Shown here in pieces: positions 51,012 through 61,559 of a stretch of 62,000 nucleotides of DNA. Source of the stretch: Chiloscyllium plagiosum (taxonomy: Eukaryota); contig NC_057757.1 in the NCBI RefSeq assembly GCF_004010195.1, positions 4,952,416-5,014,415 on the forward strand, in the 5' to 3' direction. Within the stretch, counting starts at the first letter, position 1, and each line of letters begins with the position of its first letter. Under the pieces are notes generated by a model, which was given only the letters and a program-made list of their open reading frames with translations, was not told the DNA's origin and did no database searches. The translations under genes were made by a program, and so were the position numbers.

Positions 51012-51562
51012 GTGAGGAGGGGGTTGAACATGTTGTCACATGACTGCCTTGTTCATTCTTAGTAGAAAATCCAGGAACCTGCAAATGATGGCTCAATTAC
51101 AGGCTGCCTTTTACCTGCTCCAGTAGATGGTTTATTAAAGTTTTCTCAAAATCTTGCTGATACTTCGGTTCAAAGAATTGCCACTGAATGTGGATTCCCT
51201 GAAGTTTAACTTGGAATAAAGGGAAGGCTTGCATTTATATAGTGCCTTTCTCAACCTCAGGACATCCCAATGTGCTTTACAGCTACTGACGTAATTTTGA
51301 AAGTAATCCCTGTAGTAATGCTGATAACACAGCAGCCAGTTTCCACGTAGCAATATGAAACATTTAATTCCCCAGAACTTTCCGATGTGGGTCAATGTTC
51401 CCAAGCGAAAGGGTACCACCCCTTTTCCTCGATCCTCAGAAGTTGAGCCCGATTTTCTTTTAAATGAAAAGCTGGTCCTCAGATATGTAATGCCAGCCTT
51501 TTGCGGCCACCTGGGTGTAACTTCGCTGCGACCCTTCCCATGTTGTGGTTTCTGTGTGGCAG

Positions 51563-51725
51563 GAGGCTGAGAAAATGGTGGCATCACTACATGACAATTC
51601 ACTGGATGATGAACGATTTGTGGAGATGATGCAAGATCAGAGGAACCGAGCTGCTGCTGCCTTACCCCTCTCTCATGAGGCAGCCATGAAATGGTTCTAC
51701 AAGGATCCACAGGGAGAGATCCAAG
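51563..51725 (+). CDS. GIGYF1: coding exon 12, EAEKMVASLHDNSLDDERF...AAMKWFYKDPQGEIQ (start of GYF domain)
   Basis: tggcag| acceptor, AAG|gtaaga donor, 163 nt. Confidence 0.97.
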
Positions 51726-52002
51726 GTAAGAAATTGAGCAGAAGTGGGCCGTTTTGAAAATCAAACGGAAATGTCTTGGTGCGTTTCTGGGTTTGGTAAC
51801 TGAGGGAGCCTTCAAGTCACTTTTTAAACTACCAACTGCACAGGCTACAACGTCACGTGCCGGATTTCCAACTTGTCCAGATTTTGTTACCTTCATCCAG
51901 GGAGCATGTAGTCTTGCTGTGCTTGGCGTCAAAGCTTCTGCAGCAACGTAAAAATTGGCAAAGTCACTGTTTTTGATGATCATTCTGGTACTAAATGAAA
52001 TA

Positions 52003-52679
52003 GGAGAAAGTGAGAACTGCAGATGCGGGAGATCAGAGTTGGATCCTCTATCAAAAAAGACATTGACTTGGACCCCATTTACCACCCCCTGAGAAAAAGA
52101 ACAGGAAATGACATTGCCATAGGAAATAACATCATCACAGGAAATGGCATCACCAACCCAAGGAAACCCAAACACATCAACAGAAAGCAGGAGACACCAG
52201 CAGTGCTTCGTCCGGAGGCTCACTGAAGATGTTACCCAGTATGGTGAAAAAACATCTGAAAATGAACCTTCCAGCTCAGCGAGCAAAACTACACTCAAAC
52301 TACACTCAGAGTTTGAGTGTGGCACGGGAAATGCACAACCGGTCAGGCAGCATCAAAGGAGCAGGAGACTAGATGTTTCTGGCATAAACCCTTCATCAGG
52401 AATGACGCTTGTGGGCCAAGGGGGTTGAGAGATAAATGGCACTCATACCACAGCTTCATCTCGTTCCTCACCACCTGCCTACGGAATCAACTGATCCCAC
52501 AGGGATTCCAGACCGCATTCAGACCATACCTATCGCACTCCCAGCTTCCTTCCCCCAACCCCCGCCCCTTGGCCCATAGGCCTCTTTCTGATGAAGGGCT
52601 TCTGCCTAAAACATCGATTCTCTTGCTCATTGGATGCTGCATGATATGCTGTGCTTTTCCAGCACCACCCTCGTCAGCA
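52003..52679. mobile_element. older family-A Penelope-derived element with inverted termini and a nested insertion
   Basis: ggagaaagtgag...gatcagag tail; inverted termini at ~52314-52420 and ~52565-52672. Degenerate TSD ctggtac(t/c)aaatg(a/t)aa at 51985-52000 and 52680-52695. Confidence 0.8.
52044..52305 (+). mobile_element. Penelope-like element (family C) 3' end nested in a family-A element
   Basis: Begins with ORF-end remnant SIKKDIDLDPIYHPLR. Decayed hammerhead UCA-CUGAAGA-U-GUUACC-CAGUAU-GGUGAA-AAAA-CAUC-UGA at 52220-52259. TSD tcagagtt(g/t)ga at 52033-52043 and 52306-52316. Confidence 0.75.
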
Positions 52680-52896
52680 CTGGTACCAAATGTAAGTCTT
52701 GCAATGTGTGAGATATGCCTTTGAAAGACTCTGCCTGACTGACATTAGAAATCTGAAACGCTTTGTCTCCTTTACACAACACAACACTGTGTTTAATTGT
52801 TTAATTGTGTGGTTTAACAGTGGGGCAGGGGAACTTAATTGCTTGATTTCTCTCCAATTCAGGGAAGCCTAAAATTAAATGTTGACTTTTTATCAG

Positions 52897-53063
52897 GTCC
52901 GTTTACAACGCAGGAAATGGCTGACTGGTTCCAAGCTGGATATTTTCCCATGTCCCTCTTGGTTAAACGGGGTTGTGATGAGGGCTTCCAGCCGCTGGGG
53001 GATGTGATTAAGATGTGGGGAAGAGTGCCTTTTGCTCCTGGTCCCTCTCCTCCTCCGTTGCTG
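52897..53063 (+). CDS. GIGYF1: coding exon 13, GPFTTQEMADWFQAGYFPMSLLVKRGCDEGFQPLGDVIKMWGRVPFAPGPSPPPLL (GYF domain core)
   Basis: ttttatcag| acceptor, CTG|gtaagt donor; GPF-x4-M-x2-W-x3-GYF signature. Confidence 0.98.
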
Positions 53064-53163
53064 GTAAGTAAGCATTCCTTGCTGGGATTTGAAAGGGGGA
53101 TGTTGACTTTAGTGGCTTATTTAAAAGTCCACATTCCTTACTTTATATACTGTTTTGTCATGC

Positions 53164-53172
53164 CACACACAT

Positions 53173-53216
<44 letters not shown>
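53164..53216. repeat. compound (CATA)n(CA)n microsatellite
   Basis: Read directly. Confidence 0.97.
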
Positions 53217-55454
53217 CCCATGCAAATACCCATCTTGTGCAAGATTACCTTGTAATGGGGTCAGTGGAGGGGAGAAAATGAGAAGTAACGCCTCACCACA
53301 TCCTGTCTTTTAGCTTTGTCTCCTCCTGGTGCACAGACCCTAGCTAGATTCTCCACATGCATAACTTGAGACAGTGAACCCTTTGAAACACAACCTCTTG
53401 ATAATGCCAAAATTTGTCCCCCAGTGAGTGCTATTGAGCTGAACTCTCAACTCTCCCCTCTGCTGTAGTGACGAGTGGCTAATCTGCAGGCACTTGAGCA
53501 ATGATAATTTGGTGGCAGCCCTACCAGTTCCCAAATCATGCTGTAGTCTCTTCAGGGAGCAGATTACCCCCCCCCCCCAACCCAGAAAAATGTAGGGTGC
53601 AGGATTGAATCTTCAAGTTCTGATTCAGTACCATTCAGAGCCATGGTCTGAGATCACTGCACAGCCTCCAAGCTATCGTGTATTTTTTTTGTAGAATACT
53701 TTTAAATGTGTGGAGCAGACCTGTGGCGTGAAATGATTTCTAGGGTTGATTGGTACCAGTGCTGAACTCAGAAACGTAAGCTGACCTGTTCATTCTCTCA
53801 TTATTTAACAAATGGATGGTTTATTTCTGATTGGTGGTGGCAGCAAAGCAAGCTAGGCATCAACGTGACTGCGTCTATGTGTCCTTTAAGTGGGAGATGG
53901 AATTCTGTGGAAAGCCAGCTAGGAATTTCATTATGGCTAATTTTTGATGTGGGTGGCTGAGGCTTCTCTCTTGTCAGCATATTTCACTGACATGATTCAA
54001 GTGAGGACATAGTAGTGATTTCCTGCTGACACATTGTTAACTTGTGGATCTGCTCTGTGGTTTAGCTTGGGAGACTAGTGAGATACAGCTTGTACACACA
54101 CTGAAATAGTGGCACAAACCATGATTGTCTAATTGTTGCAATGGTTTGGTTTGTTGGCCACACAAAGGAGGTGTCAGATTTCAGAACCATTTGTTTTCTG
54201 CCTTGTTGACAAAGCATGTTGGGTTAGAGTGTAGCATGGTAAAAATCTACATTGTTTGTGAGCCGGTTGACATTCTTGCTTCCTCGCCTTTTGATTTTCT
54301 GCCCATATCTCAACGTGCTCCCTATCCCACCTTTAAATCTTGGCCCCCTCAAACAACCGGCTCCCTTACAGTGAAAGGATTTGCATCTTTATCGCATTTA
54401 TCATAGCCACCAGACTACTTGGTGCTTAACAGCCGACTATGTACCTTTTGTTAAATGTAGTGCCCATTGTTCATCGGCACTCTTGAGTGGCGAGTGTATT
54501 GACTGTGATCTTGTCTAATTGTATTTCTCTTTGATACCCCCTTGCCTCAGTGAGTGCATGCCCAATGGTAACTACCTCTCCTTGGAGGGATGGGCTATCC
54601 TCGACCCAAGTCAGCAGTCTGATGTTTTAACACCCCTGTGGTCTGCAGGATCGTCATTATCATTCTAATCTCTTGACCTTTCTGCTAGTTGACTGTTTTT
54701 AAGGTTGCCACTTGGTCATTGCATCCTTCTCATTAGGAGTAAAGTTGACAGTAATTTATTTTTGGTCAGGGGGGGTCAGTCCTTATCCTCCCTTTGTTAA
54801 AGCTTGTCCCTTACTCTGTAAGCCATCAACCAAGAGAACAGTCAAGTGGAATTGTGGCCTCCTCACAGCCCTGCAGAAAATGCTGCTTTATGTCAGCCAG
54901 TAGGAGGCATACGTTGTCTGTAAAAATTAGACATCAGTTTGTGATAGGAAGTGCTACCCAAGACTCGGAAGCTAAAATCACAGGCATATCTTGTTAAAAT
55001 AAAAATTGAACCAACGCCATTGTCACTGGTTCCAGTGTGGGCCATGCCTGGACATCAGTGCAGATTAAAACCAACCAGACTCCAGTCCCATGATCTCTTC
55101 CTGTCCCTTAAAGGAGCTTACTTGATTATCTTCCATCCATCAAATCTCCCCGTTGGCCAGTAACTTAGCAAATTTATAGCTTCAAATAAAGACCTTTAGT
55201 TTGAATTTTATTTGTAAAGTTTGTGTTTAATATTATTTACCACTTTTTTTTCATTTTATTTTTCTTCCTATCTGCATTTCACAGGTGTCTCACAAGACTA
55301 ACCAGTACAAATATTTGCGTGTGGTAAAACCTAAGTGTAAAGGTGACCGAGCAATCTATTTGCAGAATTGGGTTTTTCAGAGCACATGTTGGTTCGAGAG
55401 GCGGAGAAGTTGGAGTTTATTTTTTTTCAAATGGAGTTTGTTTGGTCTTGGTAG

Positions 55455-55552
55455 GGCGATATGGACCAGGGGAGACTGAAAAAGCAGCGGGAGTTGGCAG
55501 CTGCCTTGTATCATCAGCTTCAATACCAGCAATTTCTGCAACTCATAAACAG
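55455..55552 (+). CDS. GIGYF1: coding exon 14, GDMDQGRLKKQRELAAALYHQLQYQQFLQLIN
   Basis: cttggtag| acceptor, CAG|gtaaga donor, 98 nt. Confidence 0.95.
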
Positions 55553-56840
55553 GTAAGAAGTGCAGATCTCTTGTACTCTGTGAAGTACAGGGCACCCCAT
55601 GACCTGCAATATCTTTCATTTTGCCATTTACTAACCCACCACAGTGTCACACAAGGGATGTCATGCAATGGTTTGACAATGTTACTTTAAATTCAGGGTG
55701 TCTATTTGAGATGTGAGAGTGATGCTCGATTAGTCCATACAGAGCTAATCTGGCCCAGAATGCCTTTTTGGGCCCCACAGATGGTTTGCAAGCCTGTCTC
55801 TCTAAGTTGCATCTCGTTTTTTTACTTGTTTTCAGCTATAGTGGATTGATTGTTGGCCCCCAAGTTAAAACACTCTCTCTTTGCTGCATAATGTCGTCAA
55901 GTCATTTGCTACCATGGTCTCTGCACTCTTCAGTCCAAACTTTTATGAATGCTATGTGTTGGCTGGGATGATTAGTGTTAACGTTGCGCAGTGGAACACC
56001 TTTTTGCATTATTAGCTTCCATTAGCATGCCCAAGTTGAGGCAAATCATAAGCTAACAGAGATGGACTTCAGCTTTCTTCTGTACTAATGTCATCTGATT
56101 ATTTCCATCATGACGCATTTATTGGTCTCTGATGATTTCATGTGTTGGGAATAGTGGTGTGAGCAAGGAGGGCCCACTATGACTCAGATCTGGATTCACT
56201 TAACACCCTGTATTGGTGGAAAAGAGGGAAACTTTGTCCTTGGCTGCGTGACCTGGTTCTGAACTACGGGGTTTCCAGGTTTATTAGAGCATTTGTGCTT
56301 TACATAGAGTAACACTCATGTGCATGTTCCCATTGAAAATTTGTTCGCTTGAAATAACAGATTGCTCCAGCCACACCTGCAAAGAGAAAAGGTGGGCCAA
56401 TGTTTCAAGGTGACGGCATTGTCCATCAGTTATTGCATTATTCTCAAATTTTATTAATTGGATGTAGATTTTTGCTTGGCTCTACTGAATCAGGTATATG
56501 ATCAGTCATTTATTTGCATGTCTCTGGGATGTCAGCAGAACACTTAGCATTATTTGCAAATTTCCTAGCTGCCTCACCTTCAACCTGAGAGTGGGCATGA
56601 ACAGTGACAGTATTTTACCTGGAATGGAACTGGATGGAGAGCAATGAAATATTTTGCACCTTAGCTGGTAAACACATCATATGCTTTTGGCACAAAAGTA
56701 GAAAGGTTTGATCTCTTTCTCCCCCCCAACACCAAACTTTTCAGTGGCCATCCACTGGTCTGCACCCTGTGATCTAATCTAATTTTGGTGTTGAGATTGG
56801 TCAGTGTCCCCTGAACTCACCACCTGTTTGTGGGATTGGA

Positions 56841-56894
56841 GTCACATGTCAGCAAGTCTGGATAGAGGTCACATGTCAGCAAGTCTGGATAGAG
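56841..56894. repeat. perfect 27-bp tandem duplication
   Basis: gtcacatgtcagcaagtctggatagag twice. Confidence 0.95.
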
Positions 56895-57462
56895 GTGATA
56901 GGATCCCTCCCCTAAAGGAAGCACTTGGGACCTTAGAACACCTCAGCAGCTCTCGTTGCTAATTGATATTCTGTAGATAGCCCGTGTTTTATCAGGTTTA
57001 TTGAATAGAATTTCAGAGCCAATGTTGTAACTCACTTTTGCCATTCCCAAAACTATTCTAACCACTCAACTCCACGCAAGTTTCTAATGTGGGTTTGTTT
57101 TCAGATTATGTACTTAAAGGCATCCTGAGATGTCTTGGGTGGATTCTGTTCCTTGCCTAATGCCTATAGCTTCTAACTCCGCGTTATTTTATAATATATG
57201 ATGCATGAGAAATGGTCACCTGATAAATTAGAGTGCTGGTAGCAGCGGCAGCACTGCACGTCAGAGTGAGAATTTGGTCTAGACAAAGGAAGCTCTACTC
57301 CTCCTGTAACTGTGGCGTGTGCCTGGCCTCGTTGCGTCTGTCTTTGTCTTGATGGGTGTGTTTCCAGTGAGCAAAGCAACCAACCCCATTCACAGGTAGA
57401 GAAACTAACATGTTCCAAAGCTGAATACAAAATTCATAATGGCTCTCTCCTTGTTTTTGTAG

Positions 57463-57570
57463 CCGGCAGCAGCTTGTACAGTGTGCGCTACAGCAGAAGG
57501 CAAACATGACGCCCCAGCAACAACAGCAACTTGTGGTGTTCCTGCAGCAGATCCAGGCCCTCAAATCAAG
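57463..57570 (+). CDS. GIGYF1: coding exon 15, SRQQLVQCALQQKANMTPQQQQQLVVFLQQIQALKS
   Basis: tttttgtag| acceptor, AAG|gtagtg donor, 108 nt, Q-rich. Confidence 0.94.
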
Positions 57571-58005
57571 GTAGTGATATGGAATAGTTGCACTAACTGT
57601 TCTGTTTTACCTTCAAATAATTGTAGATTAAAGTTAGAAAACTCTGGATTTGCTGCACTTGACAGCAACAATGTAATATAACAGGGATTTGCACTTCATG
57701 TATAAACTGCGTGTGTAATATTCTTAACCATCGACATAAACTAAACAGTTATGACAGTTAATTTGGCACCTGAGTTTATTCAGTCTCCAGCAAGATGAGA
57801 ATCATCAATGATTGTCTTGTAACATAAACTAGGAACATGGGTAATGTGGCATTGAAGGCTACAACAGCTATTCAGTTGCCATAAGGAGAATGCTTCAAAC
57901 CAAGATGGAATCTGGGACTTATCTATTCTCTGGTCGCCTGCCAAGGAAGTGATATCGTGAGCCTGTCTCTTAAAGGTGTACTGCTGTTAGACAACACTAT
58001 TGTGT

Positions 58006-58317
58006 CGCACGGTGGCACGGTGGTTAGCACTGCTGCCTCTCAGCGCCAGAGACCCGGGTTCAATTCCCGCCTCAAGCGACTGACTGTGTGGAGTTTGCAC
58101 GTTCTCCCCGTGTCTGCGTGGGTTTCCTCCCGGGTGCTCCGGTTTCCTCCCACAGTCCAAAGATATGCAGGTCAGGTGAATTGGCCATACTAAATTGCCC
58201 ATAGTGTTAGGTAAGGGGTAAATGTAGGGCTATGGGTGGGTTTCGCTTCGGCGGGTTGGTGTGGACTTGTTGGGCCGAAGGGCCTGTTTCCACACTGTAA
58301 TGTAATCTAATCTAATC
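58006..58317 (+). mobile_element. HE1-type V-SINE, young
   Basis: Intact A/B boxes, V-domain, gaagggcctgtttccacactgta and (aatct)n tail. Confidence 0.94.
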
Positions 58318-58390
58318 ATTGTAGACTCGCAGTGCTAGTTGACTTGTGTATTCCATTCTCTTCTATCAGTAGACTGTTGTGAAGAATATA

Positions 58391-59537
58391 GGAGAAAGTG
58401 AGGACTGCAGATGCTGGAGATCAGAGCAGAGAGTGTGGTGCTGGAAAAGCGCAGCAGGTCAGGCAGCATCTGAGGAGCAGGAAAATCGATATTTCGGACA
58501 AAAGCCCTTAATCAGGAATGAGGCTCGTGGGCCGGGAGGCTGAGAGATAAATGGGAGGAGAGGTGGGGCTGGGGAGAAGGTAGCTGAGAATGCGACAGGT
58601 AGACGTAGATAGGGGAGAAGGTGATAGGTTGGCGAGGAGGGTGGAATGGATAGATGGGTAAGACAATGGACGGGTCAAGAGGGTGATGCCGAGTTGAAGG
58701 CTTGGGACAGGGATAAGGTGGGGGATGGGGAAATGAGGAAACTGGTGAAATCCACACTGATCCTGTGTGGTTGCAGGGTCCCAAGGTGGAAGATGAAGTA
58801 TTCTTCCTCCAGATGTTGGATGGTTAGGGTTTGGCAATGGAGGAGGCCCAGGACCTGCATGTCCTTGGTGGAGTGGGAGGGGGAGTTGAATTAATTCAGC
58901 CACAGAGTGGTCGGGGTCGGTTGGTGCAGGTGTCCCAGCGATGTTCTCAAAATGATCTGCAAGTTAGCGTCCTGTCTCCCCGATGTAGAGCGACCACATC
59001 GGGTGCAATGGATACAGTAGGTGACATTGGTGAAAGTAGGTGTAAATTTCTGTCAGATGTGGAAGGGTCCTTTGGGGCCTTGGACGGTGGTGAGGGGAGA
59101 GGTGAGGGTGCGGGTTTTGCAATTCTTGCAGTGGCAGGGGAAGGTGCTGGGTGTGGGTTGTGGGCTGGTGGGAGTGTGTGGATCTGACAAGGGAGTCGTG
59201 TAGGGAATGGTCTCTGAAATGCTGATGGGGTGGGGAGTGAAATATATCCCTGGTGGTGGACTCTACTTGTAGGTGGTGGAAGTGGGAGAGGATGATGCGA
59301 TGTATAGGGAGGTTTGTGGGGTAGGAAGGTGAGGACCGGGGTCCTGTCCTTGTTGCATTGGAAGGCGTGGGGGTTCAAGGGCGGAGATGCAGGAAATGGA
59401 GGAGATTTGCTGGAGGGCATCAACCATGTGGGAGGGGATATTGCAGTCTTTGAAGGACGCGGCAATCTGGTGTGACCTGTGGTGGAATTGGTCATCCTGG
59501 GCTCAGATGCGGTGGAGGAGTTGGGAATAAAGGATGG
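58391..59537 (-). mobile_element. Penelope-like retroelement (family A), 5'-truncated, ~1.15 kb, with RT C-terminal and GIY-YIG endonuclease remnants
   Basis: Minus strand reads (with stops and frameshifts) QDDQFHHRSHQIA, NVTYCIHCTRCG...LYIGETG and LEEEYFIFHLGTLQP. Perfect 15-bp TSD tgttgtgaagaatat at 58375-58389 and 59538-59552. Confidence 0.93.
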
Positions 59538-59969
59538 TGTTGTGAAGAATATGTTGGACTGACTTGGCTTCATGGTTCTGCTTGATTTTCCACAGAGCGC
59601 ATGCAGGCATGTGTGTTCTGGGTGAGGTGAAAATAAAAGGAGGCAAATATAAAAGTTTGTGTTATACTGTGTTCTTTCAGGCTTGTTGAAATTTTTAAAT
59701 AGCAAATTTTTAATTCCCTGATATTTGGAGATAAAGGGTGCATTTGATCAAAGTTCAAGATATTGAGGGGAACTGAGGGAAGACTGAGAATTAGCTTTCA
59801 CCTGTTGACTGATCTGGGACTCGGTGACATATGGCTGGTTCTAATTTATAGACTTTAAGAAAGAAATTAGGAAGCAATTTGCCCACACCAAATGTATTTT
59901 CAGTCTAGAACTCTCTTCTGCAAGGTGTAGTTGATGCTTGATCAGTTAATTATGATTCTGAGATTGGGT

Positions 59970-60325
59970 ACTGCCATGCTTGCCTTCATTGGTCAGAGCA
60001 TTGAGTACAGCAGTTGGGACATCACGTAATAACTACAAGGCATGGGTAAGGTTGTGTTTGGAGTACTGCGTTCAATTCTGATCGCCCTGCTACAGGAAGG
60101 ATGTAATTAAACTGGAAGGGGTGGAAGAAAGATATACAATGTTGTTACCAAGACATGGAGTGTTTGAGTTTATAAGGAGAGGCTGAGAGGTGACACTTAG
60201 AGGTTTATAAATTCATGAGGGGCATAGAGAGGGTGAATAGCTGTGGTCTTTGCCCTGCAGGTAGGAGAGTCGTAATCTAGAGGATATTGGTATAAGATGA
60301 GATGGGAAAGGTTTAAAAGGGACCT
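59970..60325 (+). mobile_element. CR1-type LINE near-3' fragment
   Basis: cttgccttcattggtcagagcattgagtacag...gagtactgcgttcaattctg...aggtttataaaattcatgaggggcataga. Confidence 0.82.
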
Positions 60326-61458
60326 ACTGCCTTTTGAGAAGGGCATTGCTTGTCAATGGCCATTCGGGTGTTTCCTTTCTTCCTGGTGGTGGAATACAAA
60401 TAGGTTTACACACCTGTTGTTTTTCATTGTGTCCTACACATGCGCGCACACAGCATGAGTACTGGGGAAAAATAAGCACTACTGCAGTTAGTCGGTAGTG
60501 CGGGGTTAAGGAAGAGAGAGAAACCTAGGGAATCTCCTCAGTTTAGGGGACTTTCTCTGACAAGAAAAGAAAAAATAAAAGGGACCTGCTCCTTGCTGCT
60601 CCTCATAACCTCACTGCTGCCACTCCTGAGTCCCACATAAGTCCAATGCCAGTCTGTCTACTTGTGCTACTGGAATCTCTGCTCTTGTTGCTTCTTATCA
60701 TCATGCAATTGTTCCTGAGACCCCCACTGTTCCACCATCAGTCTTCCTATTTCTGGTTTTCACTTTGCCAGCTCTTCTCATTTATCCATTTCCTGGCTCT
60801 TTATTTAATGAACATGAAGATAGTTTTGATATTAAAAAAAATGACAATGTGCAGAATGTGTGGATGAATGTATAAGTTGTTACAAACCCAGTAAATGAAA
60901 GGTGGGAATAGATTTTTTTAAATTAAGACCCAGACAGAAATATCCTTTTTAAGTCTTGCCCAAAAATGGTATTATCCCAGCCTGTTGGCATCCTTCCCTT
61001 TGTGGAAGTGGAGTCAGCAGAGTTTGGTGGAAATTGACATGAATTGTGACAAAGGAGGGTAGTTTAAATAGGCGACATTATATTGATGTGGAATAGATGA
61101 TCTAAGAATTGTTAACTGCATTCTCTGACGTGAAAATAGTTCTTCGATTTGGATAATGTTTCACCAGATCGCAAGAGTGTGTGGCTGCTTTGCTTTCCCT
61201 TTGGGCTTTCGAGCAGGTTTCCTGATTGCTGGGTGGAATTATGAAACACTGGCACAGATTTGAGTGCTGACAATCGCAGTTTGACTTGTTCAGTCATCTT
61301 TAAGCAGTGACCGTGATTGTATAGTATTCTGTTCATTCTGAAGGCAAGAATGAACAATGGTTTGGACTATTTCCCCAGTGCAGCGTGTTTTATTTATCTA
61401 ATCATGACCACCTGCCCACCTGAAAATTCTCCTCCATTTTGTGTCCCCCACCTCACAG

Positions 61459-61559
61459 GTGTGCAGAGCAAAATTTGATTCCTGCTATCAACAGATCCAT
61501 GTCTGTGCCCGAAACTGGGTCTCTTTGGGACCTTCCGACCTCTGCTTCACAGCCCTCAG
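61459..61559 (+). CDS. GIGYF1: coding exon 16, RCAEQNLIPAINRSMSVPETGSLWDLPTSASQPS (last in window)
   Basis: cctcacag| acceptor, CAG|gtgagg donor; resembles human QNLLPTMSRSLSVPDSGRLWD. Confidence 0.95.

Larger units (their letters stand above)
30983..61559 (+). other. GIGYF1: GIGYF-family gene (GRB10-interacting GYF protein), most likely GIGYF1; coding span in window, 3'-incomplete
   Basis: 16 GT-AG exons splice in frame (41+130+96+112+109+41+174+218+136+198+158+163+167+98+108+101 = 2050 nt) into a protein co-linear with human GIGYF1/2 as I recall them. Family call is near certain. Paralog call rests on GIGYF1-type words: SPPPSPA, VPEEL, KWFYKD, GPFTTQ, KRGCDEGFQPLG, APGPSPPPLL, RLKKQ. Confidence 0.85.

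Noticed and set aside
51135..52325. 396-aa minus-strand ORF, the longest in the track
   Set aside because: It runs through the antisense of Penelope fragments, intron, GIGYF exon 12 and an old SINE. No recognisable domain; a chance open frame.
58947..59705. 252-aa proline-rich minus-strand ORF
   Set aside because: Mostly an off-frame reading of the decayed Penelope element plus flanking DNA.
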